Source: Caldimonas sp.
GTDB lineage: Bacteria > Pseudomonadota > Gammaproteobacteria > Burkholderiales > Burkholderiaceae_C
DNA length: 61,781 nucleotides
Assembly (NCBI RefSeq): GCF_046289365.1
Contig: NZ_JBKBVU010000001.1
Coordinates: 1-61,781 of the forward strand
Direction of reading: 5' to 3'
Each line of letters opens with the position of its first letter. Position 1 is the first letter of the stretch. Shown piece after piece: positions 19,939-29,950 of this stretch. The notes beneath the pieces were generated by a model that saw only the letters and a program-made list of their open reading frames with translations, searched no databases and had not been told where the DNA came from. The translations under genes were made by a program, and so were the position numbers.

Positions 19939-20763
19939 ATGAACACCCCAGCCTCCAGCCTGTCGCTTCCCCTGCCTGGCGCCCGGCGCGCCTGGGTGCT
20001 GGCCGTCACCAGCGGCAAGGGCGGCGTGGGCAAAACCTTTGTCTCGGCCAACGTGGCGGCGGCGCTGGCCCGTCGCGGCCACCGTGTGCTCGTGCTCGAC
20101 GCCGACCTCGGGCTGGCCAACCTCGACGTGGTGCTCAACCTGTACCCCAAGATCACTCTGCACGACGTCTTCACCGGCAAGGCCACCTTGGACGAGGCCG
20201 TGCTCAAGGCGCCGGGCGGCTTCTCGGTGCTGCTGGCCGGCTCGGGGCTGGTGGAGTACTCGCGCCTCACACCCGAGGTGCGCGAGCAGCTCCAGCGCGT
20301 GGTGGCCACGCTCATCCCGCGCTACGACTACGTGCTGCTGGACACCGGTGCGGGCATCTCCGACGTTGTGCTCTACGCCATTTCCCTGGCCGACGACGTG
20401 CTGGTGGTGGCCACGCCCGAGCCCACCTCGCTCACCGATGCCTACGCCACCATCAAGGTGCTGGCCACCCAGCAGCGTCGTCGCGTGCTGCATGTGGCGG
20501 TCAACCAGGTGGGCAAGCCGGGCGATGGCAAGGTCGTGACGCATCAACTGCAGCAGGTCGTCGATCGATTCGTCACCACGCCCCAGGGCGAGCCGGTGAA
20601 ACTCATGCTGGCCGGCGACATCCCCAGTGACGCTGCGGTGCGCGAGGCCTTGCAGCGTCGGCAGCTGCTGTTCGAAAGCCTGCCTGGCAGCGCCGCGGCC
20701 CAGGCGATTGCCGCACTGGCCGCTCGCATCGAAGCGGCCGCGCCTGCCCCGGTCGCATCCTGA
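19939..20763 (+). CDS. MinD/FlhG-like P-loop ATPase
   Basis: SGKGGVGKT deviant Walker A, DADLGLANLD, DTGAGISD and TPEPTSLTDAYA are FlhG/FleN-type motifs. Confidence 0.87.
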   Translation: MNTPASSLSLPLPGARRAWVLAVTSGKGGVGKTFVSANVAAALARRGHRVLVLDADLGLANLDVVLNLYPKITLHDVFTGKATLDEAVLKAPGGFSVLLAGSGLVEYSRLTPEVREQLQRVVATLIPRYDYVLLDTGAGISDVVLYAISLADDVLVVATPEPTSLTDAYATIKVLATQQRRRVLHVAVNQVGKPGDGKVVTHQLQQVVDRFVTTPQGEPVKLMLAGDIPSDAAVREALQRRQLLFESLPGSAAAQAIAALAARIEAAAPAPVAS

Positions 20764-20797
20764 AACCCAGCGCGGGGCACGCGCAGGGGCGGCTTTC

Positions 20798-20822
20798 TAC
20801 AATGGGTGTCCCTTCGACACCC
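20798..20822 (+). promoter_or_regulatory. -10 element and 5' hairpin of the M48 peptidase gene
   Basis: TACAAT (20798-20803), then GGGTGTC-ccttc-GACACCC, then AAAGGA RBS. Confidence 0.45.
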
Positions 20823-20834
20823 GAAAGGACGCCC

Positions 20835-22181
20835 ATGAATGCCCACGCCCTTGCCCAGCGCCTGGCCCGCAACCGCCTGAGTCGCCGTGATGCCTTGTGG
20901 CTCCTGGGCGCGAGCACGGGGGTCGTGGCGGCCCCCTGGCTGCAGGGCTGCGCCACCTCGCCCGTCACCGGCAAGTCCATCGTGGTGGGCATGAGCGAGG
21001 CCCAGGAACGCCAGGTCGATGCCCAGGTCTCGCCCCACCAGTTCTCGCAGGACCTCGGGCCGGTGCAGGATGCCGCCGTCAACGACTACGTGGTGTCGGT
21101 GGGCCGCAGCCTGCAGACCCACACCCATCGGCCTCAGATGCCCTATTCATACCGCGTGCTCAATGCCAACCATGTCAATGCCTACACCTTCCCGGCCGGG
21201 GCCATGGGCGTGACGCGCGGCATCCTCGTCGAGATGGACGACGAGGCCCAACTGGCCGCGCTGCTGGGGCACGAGATGGGGCATGTGAACGCCCGCCACG
21301 CCGCGCAGCGCCAGGGCCAGGCCCTGATCGCGCAATCAGTGGTGGCGGGCCTCAACGTCGCCGCCTCCAATTCGCAATGGGGCGCTCTCGTGGGCCTGGG
21401 CAGCCAGATCGGCGCCAGCGCTTTATTGGCCGGCTATTCCCGCGACAACGAGCGCGAGGCCGACGCCCTGGGCCAGGAGTACATGGTGCGCGCCGGCTAC
21501 CCGGCCGGCGGCATGACGGCACTGCACCAGATCCTGGTGGACCAGGACAAGGCCCGCCCCAGCTTGTTGCAGACCATGTTCGCCTCCCATCCGATGAGCA
21601 CCGAACGGCGCGACACCGCGCGCCGCCTCGCGCAGGAGCGCTATGGCGCCAGCGCCTCGCGGCCGGTGCAGCGTGAGCGCTACATGGACCAGACGGCCTC
21701 GCTGCGACGCCTGAAGCCCACCATCGAGGCCTGCCAGCGCGGCGAGACGGCGATGGCGCGCAAGTCCTACGACGACGCGGCCTCGGCCTTTACCCGGGCG
21801 CTGACGCTCACGCCGCAGGACTACGCGGCCAATTTGCGCATGGCCCAGTGCCTGCAGGCCCAGGGCCGCCATCGCGACGCGCTGCGCTATGCCGAGGCGG
21901 CCAAGACCCTTTACCCGCAGGAGGCTCAGGCCCGCAAACTCACCGGGGTGCTGGCCCTGGCGCAAGGCGATCCGGGCAGGGCCCATGCCGAGTTGCTGGC
22001 CTTCGATCGCCTGCTGCCCGGCGACCCGGGTGTGACCTTCCTGCGCGGCGTGGCCCTGGAGGGCCTGGGCGAGCGCGAGGCCGCCGCGCGCCAGTACCAC
22101 GCCTTCCTGCGCCTGGGGGCGCAGGGGCAGGCGGCCCAATACTCCGCCAGCCGCCTGAAGGCCTGGGGATACGTGAAGTAG
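20835..22181 (+). CDS. M48 metallopeptidase with C-terminal TPRs (BepA/YfgC-like), predicted Tat lipoprotein
   Basis: SRRDAL twin-arginine motif, LQGC lipobox, HEMGH zinc motif, YSRDNEREAD, SHP, helical TPR-like C-terminus. Confidence 0.87.
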   Translation: MNAHALAQRLARNRLSRRDALWLLGASTGVVAAPWLQGCATSPVTGKSIVVGMSEAQERQVDAQVSPHQFSQDLGPVQDAAVNDYVVSVGRSLQTHTHRPQMPYSYRVLNANHVNAYTFPAGAMGVTRGILVEMDDEAQLAALLGHEMGHVNARHAAQRQGQALIAQSVVAGLNVAASNSQWGALVGLGSQIGASALLAGYSRDNEREADALGQEYMVRAGYPAGGMTALHQILVDQDKARPSLLQTMFASHPMSTERRDTARRLAQERYGASASRPVQRERYMDQTASLRRLKPTIEACQRGETAMARKSYDDAASAFTRALTLTPQDYAANLRMAQCLQAQGRHRDALRYAEAAKTLYPQEAQARKLTGVLALAQGDPGRAHAELLAFDRLLPGDPGVTFLRGVALEGLGEREAAARQYHAFLRLGAQGQAAQYSASRLKAWGYVK

Positions 22182-22188
22182 AGACCCG

Positions 22189-22602
22189 ATGACCCCGAAT
22201 CCCACCGATCCAGCCACGCAACCCGACACCGCCTACGAGTGGGTGGGCGGCGAAGCGGCCGTGCGTGCCCTGGTGGACCGCTTCTACGACCTGATGGACC
22301 TCGAGCCCGCCTACGCCGAGCTGCGCGCGTTGCACCCCACGACGCTGGAGGGCTCGCGCGACAAGCTGTTCTGGTTCCTGTGCGGCTGGCTGGGCGGGCC
22401 GCAGCATTACGTCGAGCGCTTCGGCCACCCGCGCCTGCGCGCGCGTCACCTGCCGTTTCCCATCGGGATCAGGGAGCGCGACCAGTGGCTGGCCTGCATG
22501 GACCAGGCCATGCAGGAACTGCAGCTCGACCCGGCCCTGGTGCACCGTCTGCGCGAAGCCTTCTTCAACACCGCCGACTGGATGCGCAACAAAGGCGGCT
22601 GA
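22189..22602 (+). CDS. Group II truncated haemoglobin
   Basis: YEWVGG, LVDRFY, WLGGP, GHPRLRARH, ERDQWL; GlbO/YjbI pattern. Confidence 0.9.
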   Translation: MTPNPTDPATQPDTAYEWVGGEAAVRALVDRFYDLMDLEPAYAELRALHPTTLEGSRDKLFWFLCGWLGGPQHYVERFGHPRLRARHLPFPIGIRERDQWLACMDQAMQELQLDPALVHRLREAFFNTADWMRNKGG

Positions 22603-22613
22603 GCCTCACGGGC

Positions 22614-25424
22614 TCAGCCCGTGTTGCGCAGACCGGCGGCGATCCCGTTGATCGAGATGTGGATGCCGCGTTGCACGCGCTCGTGCACCTCGCCAGCGTC
22701 CTTCTGCAGCCGGTAGCGGCGCATCAGCTCCACCTGCAGGTGGTTGATGGGGTCGAGGTAAGGGAAGCGGTGCTCGATGGAGCGCGCCAGCGCCGGGTTG
22801 GAGGCCAGGCGCTGCTTCTCACCGGTGATCAGCGACAGGGCCTCGTGCGTGCGCTGCCATTCGGCCTCGATGGCCTTGAAGATGCGGCGTCCCAGGCGTT
22901 TGTCCTCCACCAGCTCCACGTAACGCGAGGCCACGGCCAGGTCGGTTTTGGCCAGCACCATGTCCATGTTCGACAGCAGCGTGCGGAAGAAGGGCCACTG
23001 GCGGTGCATGCGCGTCAGCAGGGCGAGCCGCTCCTTGCGCTGCGCGCCCTGGCCCAGGTAGGCATCGATGGCCGAGCCGAAGCCATACCAGCCCGGCAGC
23101 GCCACACGACACTGGCCCCACGAGAAGCCCCAGGGGATGGCGCGCAGATCCTCGATCGCGCGCGTGGCCTTGCGCGAGGCCGGGCGCGAGCCGATGTTCA
23201 GTTCCGCGATTTCGCGGATGGGCGTGGCCGCGAAGAAGTAGTCGGTGAAGCCCGGCGTCTCATAGACCAGCTTGCGGTAGGCCTTCATGCTGGCCTCCGA
23301 CAAGGCCTGTGCGGCCTCCAGGAAGGCTTTCGGCGCGCTCTTGGTGGGGTGCAGCAGCGTGGCCTCCAGCGTGGCGGCCACCAGCGTCTCGAGGTTGCGC
23401 AGGCCGATCTCGGGGTTGGCGTACTTCGAGGCGATCACCTCGCCTTGCTCGGTCAGGCGGATCTGGCCGTTGACCGTGCCCGGGGGCTGAGCCAGGATGG
23501 CCTGGTAGCTCGGACCGCCGCCGCGGCCCACCGTGCCGCCACGGCCGTGGAAGAGTCGCAGCGTGATGCCATGCTCGGCCTGGAGGCGGTTGAAGTGCTC
23601 CACCAGCTCGATCTCGGCGCGGTAGAGCTCCCAGTTGCTGGTGAAGTAGCCGCCGTCCTTGTTGCTGTCGCTGTAGCCGAGCATGATGTCTTGCTCGCCG
23701 CCGCTGCGCTTGACCAGGTCGAGCACACCGGGCAGCGCATAGAAGGTGCGCATGATGGGGCCGGCCTGGCGCAGGTCGCCGATGGTCTCGAACAGCGGCA
23801 CGACGATCAGGTCGGCCACGGCGTCCTCGCCCAGGGTGCCGCGCATCAGCCCGGCCTCTTTTTGCAGCAGCAGCACCTCCAGCAGGTCGCTCACCGTCTC
23901 GGTGTGGCTGATGATGTAGTGCCGGATCGCCTCGGGGCCGAAGCGCTCGCGCATCACCCGGGCCGTCTCGAAGATGGCCAGCTCGGATTCGGTGTGCTCG
24001 CTGTAGGTGGCCCCGCGCACGCGCAGCGGCCGCGGGTCGCGCAACTGCTGGACGAGCAGTTCGATCTTGTGGATCTCGTGAAGGTGCGCATAGCCCGACT
24101 CCACCCGCGCGCACGCCAGCAGTTCGGCCACCACGGCCTCGTGCTTGTCCGAGCTCTGCCGCAGGTCCACCGTGGCCAGGTGAAAGCCGAACACCTGCAC
24201 GGCGCGGATCAGCGGGCGCAGGCGCACCTCGGCCAGGGCCGTGCCGTGGTGGTGCGCCAGCGAGTCGTCGATGATGCGCAGGTCGGCCAGGAACTCGCCG
24301 GCGTCGGCGTAGGGCGTGGACGGCGCCACCGCGTGGCGCAGCGCCTCGGTGCCGGTGAGGTGCGACAGCGTGGCCGCCAGACGTGCATACATGCCGATCA
24401 GCGCGCGCCGGTAGGGCTCGTCGCGGCGATGTTCGTTGGTGTCGGGAGAACGCTCGGCCAGCGCCGCCAGCGCGGGCGTCACGTCCACCAGCATCGCCGA
24501 GACCGACAGCTCGGCCCCCAGCGCATGCACCTCGGTGAGGTAGTAGCGCAGGGCCGTCTCGGCCTGCTGGCGCAGCGCGAACTCCAGCGTCGCGGCGGTG
24601 ACGTTGGGATTGCCGTCGCGGTCACCGCCGATCCAGTTGCCCATGCGGAAGAAGGGCGCGATGTCGAACCCGGGCAGGGCACGCTCCAGGCTGCGGTACA
24701 GGCGCGGGATCTGCCGCAGGAAGGTGGTGTGGTAATAGCTCAGCGCGTTCTCGATCTCGTTGGCCACCGTGAGCTTGGTGTAGCGCAGCATGCGCGTTTG
24801 CCACAGCTGCGTCACGCGCGCGCGGATCTGGGCCTCGTTGTCGTCCAGCTCGCGCTGGGTGTGCAGCTCGTCGCGCTGGTGGATCAGCTCGGCGATGGCG
24901 CGCTCGGCGTCCAGGATGGACTTGCGCTGCACCTCGGTGGGGTGGGCCGTGAGCACCGGGGAGATGTAGGCGCGCTGCAGCGTGCGCGCGATGTCGTCGG
25001 CGCGCACGCCGCCTTCGGCCAGGCGCTCGAAGCTGTAGGCGAGCGAGCCTTCCTGCACATGGCCCTGGCGCTCGTGGTGCTCGCGCCGGCGCACGTGATG
25101 GCGGTCCTCGGCGATGTTGGCCAGATGCGAGAAGTAGCTGAACGCGCGGATCACCGACACCGTCTGGTCGCTGCTCAGGTTCTTCAGCAGCCGGTCCAAC
25201 GCACGGCCGGCCTGGGCATCGCGCTTGAGCCGGTAGGCCACCGAGAGCTGACGAATCCGCTCGATCAGCTCGAAGGCCTCACGCCCTTCCTGCTCGCGAA
25301 TCACATCGCCCAGGATGCGACCCAGCAGCCGGATGTCCTCGACCAGCGGACGGTTCTTCTCGGCGGCATCGGCCTCGATGCGCTTCGCGCGGGGCCGGGC
25401 GGGTGCGGTGCGGGCGGCGGGCAT
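22614..25424 (-). CDS. ppc: Phosphoenolpyruvate carboxylase
   Basis: [51 protein letters not shown]-terminal GLRNTG. Confidence 0.97.
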   Translation of the reverse strand: MPAARTAPARPRAKRIEADAAEKNRPLVEDIRLLGRILGDVIREQEGREAFELIERIRQLSVAYRLKRDAQAGRALDRLLKNLSSDQTVSVIRAFSYFSHLANIAEDRHHVRRREHHERQGHVQEGSLAYSFERLAEGGVRADDIARTLQRAYISPVLTAHPTEVQRKSILDAERAIAELIHQRDELHTQRELDDNEAQIRARVTQLWQTRMLRYTKLTVANEIENALSYYHTTFLRQIPRLYRSLERALPGFDIAPFFRMGNWIGGDRDGNPNVTAATLEFALRQQAETALRYYLTEVHALGAELSVSAMLVDVTPALAALAERSPDTNEHRRDEPYRRALIGMYARLAATLSHLTGTEALRHAVAPSTPYADAGEFLADLRIIDDSLAHHHGTALAEVRLRPLIRAVQVFGFHLATVDLRQSSDKHEAVVAELLACARVESGYAHLHEIHKIELLVQQLRDPRPLRVRGATYSEHTESELAIFETARVMRERFGPEAIRHYIISHTETVSDLLEVLLLQKEAGLMRGTLGEDAVADLIVVPLFETIGDLRQAGPIMRTFYALPGVLDLVKRSGGEQDIMLGYSDSNKDGGYFTSNWELYRAEIELVEHFNRLQAEHGITLRLFHGRGGTVGRGGGPSYQAILAQPPGTVNGQIRLTEQGEVIASKYANPEIGLRNLETLVAATLEATLLHPTKSAPKAFLEAAQALSEASMKAYRKLVYETPGFTDYFFAATPIREIAELNIGSRPASRKATRAIEDLRAIPWGFSWGQCRVALPGWYGFGSAIDAYLGQGAQRKERLALLTRMHRQWPFFRTLLSNMDMVLAKTDLAVASRYVELVEDKRLGRRIFKAIEAEWQRTHEALSLITGEKQRLASNPALARSIEHRFPYLDPINHLQVELMRRYRLQKDAGEVHERVQRGIHISINGIAAGLRNTG

Positions 25425-25448
25425 GGGTACCTCGGAGCGGCTGGCGGT

Positions 25449-25463
25449 GGTAACAAAATTACA
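25449..25463. promoter_or_regulatory. Candidate HexR operator upstream of ppc
   Basis: GGTAA-caaaa-TTACA has one mismatch to the HexR palindrome TGTAA-N5-TTACA. It lies between a TACCAT -10 (minus strand) and the ppc start. Confidence 0.6.
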
Positions 25464-25546
25464 AGCCTGGGATGGTAGCACCGTCGCGGCCCCGGGCGGG
25501 CATCGCACCGTCCGGAGCCGTCCGGCCCCTCGGGTAGCATGCGGTC

Positions 25547-26527
25547 ATGATCACGTCCGACTCTTCCTCCTCCGGCCCCGTTTCGGTGAACGCCCGCTGG
25601 GTCATCGCCACCCGCGAAAGCCGCCTGGCCCTGTGGCAGGCGCGGCATGTGCAGGCCCTGCTCGAACAGCGTTTCGGCCATCGCGTCGGGTTGCTGGGCA
25701 TGACCACGCGCGGCGACCAGATCCTCGACCGCACCCTGTCCAAGGTGGGTGGCAAGGGCCTGTTCGTGAAAGAGCTGGAAGTGGCGCTCGAAGAAGGTCG
25801 CGCCCACCTGGCCGTGCACTCGCTCAAGGACGTTCCGATGGAGCTGCCCGAAGGCTTCGTGCTGGCTGCCGTGCTCGAGCGCGAGGACCCGCGTGATGCC
25901 TTCGTCTCGCCGCGGCATGCCGACCTGGCCAGCCTGCCGGCGGGGGCGGTGGTGGGCACCTCCAGCCTGCGCCGCCTGGTGCAGTTGCGTGCGCGCCGGC
26001 CCGACCTGCGCATCGAGCCCTTGCGCGGCAATCTCGACACCCGGCTGCGCAAGCTCGACGAGGGGCAGTACGACGCCATCGTGCTGGCCGCAGCCGGTCT
26101 GAAGCGCCTGGGCTTGTCCGGGCGTATCCGTACGGTCTTCGAGCCCGAGGAGATGCTGCCGGCGGCGGGGCAGGGCGCCCTGGGCCTGGAGATCCGGGCC
26201 GATCAGCACGAACTGCGCGACGCGCTGGCCACGCTCGTGCACCGTCCCACCTGGCTGGCGGTGCATGCCGAGCGTGCCGTCTCGCGCGCCTTGGGCGGCA
26301 GTTGCAGCGTGCCGCTGGCCGCCCATGCGGTGTGGCAGGGCGGGGAGCTCGTGCTGCACGCTGCCCTGGGCGACCCGGACGCCGAGCCGGTGGGCCTGCT
26401 GCAGGTGCGCTGCGCCGCAGCGGTCGCCGACACCGAGGCGGCCACGCGATTGGGTGTGCAGGCGGCCGGGCGCTTGCGCGAGCTCGGGGCCGAGGCCGTG
26501 CTGGCCCGCCTGGCCTCGGGTGCCTGA
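25547..26527 (+). CDS. hemC: Hydroxymethylbilane synthase
   Basis: [53 protein letters not shown]. Confidence 0.96.
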   Translation: MITSDSSSSGPVSVNARWVIATRESRLALWQARHVQALLEQRFGHRVGLLGMTTRGDQILDRTLSKVGGKGLFVKELEVALEEGRAHLAVHSLKDVPMELPEGFVLAAVLEREDPRDAFVSPRHADLASLPAGAVVGTSSLRRLVQLRARRPDLRIEPLRGNLDTRLRKLDEGQYDAIVLAAAGLKRLGLSGRIRTVFEPEEMLPAAGQGALGLEIRADQHELRDALATLVHRPTWLAVHAERAVSRALGGSCSVPLAAHAVWQGGELVLHAALGDPDAEPVGLLQVRCAAAVADTEAATRLGVQAAGRLRELGAEAVLARLASGA

Positions 26528-26529
26528 GG

Positions 26530-27321
26530 ATGGTGGCGCCCCCCCCTTGGCTGCTCGTCACCCGCCCGGCGGCGCAGGCCGGTCAGTGGGTCGAGCGGCT
26601 GCAGGCGCTGGGCGTGCCGGCAAGGGCCCTGCCGCTGATCGCGATCGCTGCGCCGGCCGACGCGCGTGCAGTGTCCCGGGCCTGGGCCGAGCTGCCTGGC
26701 CGCGATCTGGTCGTCTTCGTCAGTCCCAGCGCTGTTGAGCAGTTTTTTGCCCAGGCCCCCGTCGGGGCGCGCTGGCCGGACGGTGTGCGGGTGGCCACGC
26801 CCGGCCCGGGCACCGATGCCGCGCTGGCGCGCGCCGGCGTGCCCGAGGCGCTGCGTTTGCGGCCGGCCGACGATGCCGAGCAGCTCGACTCCGAAGCGCT
26901 GTGGGCCGTGCTGCGCGGCGAGCCCTGGGCGGGGCGTCGCGTGCTCATCGTGCGCGGTGAGGGCGGGCGGCCCTGGCTGGCCGAGCGCCTGACCGAAGCC
27001 GGCGCGGCGGTCGACTTCCTCGGCGCCTACCGGCGTGGCCTGCCGGTGCTGGACCCAGCCGACACGACGCTGCTGCACGAGGTGCTGGAGACGCCCGGCG
27101 AGGCGGTGTGGCTTTTCAGCAGCTCCCAGTCCATCGACCATCTGGTGAGCCTGGCACAGGCCCAGGGGCTGCGGCCCGACTGGGCGCAGCAGACGGCCAT
27201 CGTCACCCATCCTCGCATCGGCCAGCGCGCCCGGGCCCTGGGCTTGCGCAGGGTGCTGGCCTCGCACCCGGCCCCCGACGCCGTGGCCGCGGCCTGGGCG
27301 TGCAGGCGCGATGCACCATAG
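26530..27321 (+). CDS. hemD: Uroporphyrinogen-III synthase
   Basis: LLVTRP, FVSPSAV, GPGT, DSEAL, RGEGGR, FSSS; directly after hemC. Confidence 0.9.
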   Translation: MVAPPPWLLVTRPAAQAGQWVERLQALGVPARALPLIAIAAPADARAVSRAWAELPGRDLVVFVSPSAVEQFFAQAPVGARWPDGVRVATPGPGTDAALARAGVPEALRLRPADDAEQLDSEALWAVLRGEPWAGRRVLIVRGEGGRPWLAERLTEAGAAVDFLGAYRRGLPVLDPADTTLLHEVLETPGEAVWLFSSSQSIDHLVSLAQAQGLRPDWAQQTAIVTHPRIGQRARALGLRRVLASHPAPDAVAAAWACRRDAP

Positions 27322-27333
27322 GTGCTCGATACA

Positions 27334-28464
27334 ATGGCCTTCACCGTGAGCGACACCACTTCTCCCACCCCCTCGCCGACCTCCCCCGAACCCTCGTCAG
27401 AGCGCGCGGCTGCGCCCGCTGCGCAGGTTGCTGCGGCCAGCGGCCCGTCCGCACCGCAGGCGGCCAGCCGTTCCCTGTGGTGGGTCGCTGTGGTCGGCTT
27501 GCTGTTGCTGGCCGTCGTGGGCCTCACGCTGGCCTACCAGGCGCAGCAGCAGGTCCAGGGCCTGGAGCGCGAACTCGTGCGCCGCCAGCAGGACAGCCAG
27601 GACCTTGCCACGGAAGCCCGGGCCCTGGCCCGGCAGGCGCAAGACGCCGCGCGCGAGGCGCTGGCCAAGGCCTCCGTGCTGGAGGCGCGCCTGGCCGAGG
27701 TGGCGCTGCAGCGCGACCAGCTCGACGAACTGCTGCAGGCCCTGTCGCGCTCGCGGGACGAGAACGTGCTCGTGGAGATCGAGGCCGCCCTGCGCGTGGC
27801 CGTGCAGCACTCGGCCATCACCGGCAGCGCCGAGCCCCTGCTGGCGGCCTTGCGCAGCGCCGACGAACGTCTCCAGCGCTTGAACCAGCCGCGGCTGGAG
27901 CGCGTGCGCCGTGCCATCGTCCAGGATGTGGAGCGCGCCCGCGCCGTGGCCGTGGCCGATGTGCCTTCGCTGGTGGGGCGGCTCGACGAGGCCGCGCGTC
28001 TGGCCGACGAACTGCCTTTGCTGTCCAGCCCCGGCACGGGGGTGGCCGCACGGGCGTCGCAGTCCGCACCGTCGGCCAGCCAGGCTGCCGAGGACTGGTC
28101 GGCCCGCGGCCGTGACCTCGCAGCCCGAGTGTGGAGCGAGCTGCGCTCCCTCGTGCGCGTGACCCGCATCGACCAGCCCGAGGCCATGCTGATCGCGCCC
28201 GAACAGGCCTTCTTCCTGCGCGAGAACCTCAAGCTGCGGCTGCTCAACGCCCGTCTGGCCTTGCTGAGCCGGCAGTTCGAGACGGTGCAGGCCGACATGC
28301 GGCAGGCCCAGCAGGCCCTCGAGCGCTATTTCGATCCGCGCTCGCGTCGGGTCATGCAGGTGGCCGACACGCTGCGCCAGGTGCAGGCCCAGGCCCGAGC
28401 GAGCCAGTTGCCGCGTCCCGACGAGACGCTCGCGGCCTTGCAGGCCGTGCTGGCCACACGCTGA
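27334..28464 (+). CDS. hemX: HemX-family membrane protein
   Basis: N-terminal TM helix plus coiled coil, RENLKLRLLNARLALL, YFD; hemCDXY order. The start may be GTG 27346. Confidence 0.85.
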   Translation: MAFTVSDTTSPTPSPTSPEPSSERAAAPAAQVAAASGPSAPQAASRSLWWVAVVGLLLLAVVGLTLAYQAQQQVQGLERELVRRQQDSQDLATEARALARQAQDAAREALAKASVLEARLAEVALQRDQLDELLQALSRSRDENVLVEIEAALRVAVQHSAITGSAEPLLAALRSADERLQRLNQPRLERVRRAIVQDVERARAVAVADVPSLVGRLDEAARLADELPLLSSPGTGVAARASQSAPSASQAAEDWSARGRDLAARVWSELRSLVRVTRIDQPEAMLIAPEQAFFLRENLKLRLLNARLALLSRQFETVQADMRQAQQALERYFDPRSRRVMQVADTLRQVQAQARASQLPRPDETLAALQAVLATR

Positions 28465-28481
28465 GCGGAAAACGCCCGGCC

Positions 28482-29729
28482 ATGCGCAACGTCATCTGGA
28501 TCCTCCTGCTCTTCGTGCTCGCGGTGGTGGCCGCGGGCGTATTCGGGCGCAACGATGCCGTCGTCACGCTCTACTGGGCCCCGTGGCGGCTGGACCTGTC
28601 CTTCAACTTCTTCGTGCTGCTGCTGTTGCTGCTGTGCGCAGGCTTGTACCTCGCCTTGCAGACCCTGCACACCTTGATCGGCCTGCCGCGCCGCGCGCGC
28701 GAGTGGCGCATTGCACGACGCGACCACTACGCCCAGCAGGCCTTGCGCGAGGCCCTGGCGCTGTACTTCGGCGCCCGCTACAGCCGCGCCCACAAGGCGG
28801 CGCAGCGCGCCCTGACCATTCAGGGCGCCACGCCCGAGCTGCGCTCCGATGCCGAGTTCATCACGCTCGCGCGGCTGCTCGCCGCGGGCAGCCTGCACCG
28901 CCTGCAGGACCGAGCGGGCCGCGACGAACTGCTGAGGCAGGCCCTGGCCACGCCGGCGGCCGGCGGCAACGGCCGGGCCGCCGACGAGGGCGTGCGCCTG
29001 ATGGCTGCGGAATGGGCGCTGGAAGATCGTGACGCCGAGCGGGCCCTGGAGCTGCTGGCCGAGCTGCCGCCGGGCCTGGCGCGGCGCACCCAGGCCTTGC
29101 GCCTGAAGCTGCAGGCCGCACGCCTGGCGCGCCAGCCGCTCGATGCCCTGCGCACGGCCCGGTTGCTGGCCAAGCACCAGGGCTTCTCGCAGGTGGCGGC
29201 GCAGGGCCTGCTGCGTTCGCTGGCGATGGAGGCTCTGGACACCGCACGCGATGCCGACCAGCTCCAGCGGGTGTGGGAACAGCTCGACGCCAACGACCGC
29301 CGCGATGCCTTCGTGGCGGCGCGTGCCGCCACAGCCATGGCCGGTCACGGACGTGTTGACCAGGCGTGGGCGATGCTCCAGCTTTTCTGGGACGCGCCGC
29401 AGGGCCGCAGCGCCGAGGAGTGGCAGGCGCTGGCCGAGGCCTTCGTGCGCTCGCTCGAAGGCCTGGGCACTGACTGGCTGCCTCGCCTGGAGGCCGCGAC
29501 ACACGCCCATCCCACGCGCCCCGAGCTCGCCTATGCGTTGGGCCGCGCACTGGCCCAGTTGCAGCTGTGGGGCAAGGCGCGCCAGCAGCTCGAGCGCTGC
29601 GCCGATGACCCCGCGCTGCCGGCACCGCAGCGGCGCAGCGCTTGGCGCCATCTGGCCGAGATGGCCGAGCAGGACGAGGACCTCGAACGGGCGCGCACCT
29701 GCTATCGGCGCGCGGCACGCATCGAGTGA
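28482..29729 (+). CDS. hemY: HemY N-terminal domain/TPR protein
   Basis: Two N-terminal TM segments (DLSFN), TPR-like region with QLWGKA; follows hemX. Confidence 0.82.
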   Translation: MRNVIWILLLFVLAVVAAGVFGRNDAVVTLYWAPWRLDLSFNFFVLLLLLLCAGLYLALQTLHTLIGLPRRAREWRIARRDHYAQQALREALALYFGARYSRAHKAAQRALTIQGATPELRSDAEFITLARLLAAGSLHRLQDRAGRDELLRQALATPAAGGNGRAADEGVRLMAAEWALEDRDAERALELLAELPPGLARRTQALRLKLQAARLARQPLDALRTARLLAKHQGFSQVAAQGLLRSLAMEALDTARDADQLQRVWEQLDANDRRDAFVAARAATAMAGHGRVDQAWAMLQLFWDAPQGRSAEEWQALAEAFVRSLEGLGTDWLPRLEAATHAHPTRPELAYALGRALAQLQLWGKARQQLERCADDPALPAPQRRSAWRHLAEMAEQDEDLERARTCYRRAARIE

Positions 29730-29756
29730 TGACAAACGCAAAAAACGTGTTATAGT
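29729..29756 (+). promoter_or_regulatory. Sigma70-type promoter of tRNA-Arg
   Basis: ATGACA(29729-34)-16 bp-TATAGT(29751-56) with an extended -10 TG. Confidence 0.6.
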
Positions 29757-29766
29757 TTCGTTCTTC

Positions 29767-29843
29767 GCGGCTGTAGCTCAGTTGGATAGAGTACTTGGCT
29801 ACGAACCAAGGGGTCGTGGGTTCGAATCCTGCCAGCCGCGCCA
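29767..29843 (+). tRNA. tRNA-Arg (anticodon ACG)
   Basis: Acceptor stem GCGGCTG/CAGCCGC, D-arm AGCTCAGTTGGATAGAGT, anticodon arm CTTGG-CTACGAA-CCAAG, GGTTCGAATCC T-arm, encoded CCA; 77 nt. Confidence 0.97.
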
Positions 29844-29850
29844 GCTCCTC

Positions 29851-29884
29851 AAGGGCCTGATCCATCAGAAGGGATCAGGCCCTT
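29851..29884 (+). terminator. Terminator hairpin after tRNA-Arg
   Basis: 13-bp perfect inverted repeat AAGGGCCTGATCC/GGATCAGGCCCTT followed by gtccttt. Confidence 0.75.
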
Positions 29885-29950
29885 GTCCTTTGCGAGCCTC
29901 GCCATCAGCGCGAGGCTGTGAGCAGCCGGTGTGCCCCTCGAGGGGTCGAT

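Noticed and set aside
22239-25478. 1079-aa plus-strand ORF
   Set aside because: Antisense shadow of ppc caused by high-GC codon bias; no motifs.
29893-29946. Possible third copy of the 83-bp repeat (contains CCCCTCGAGGGG)
   Set aside because: Similarity is limited to the central short hairpin.
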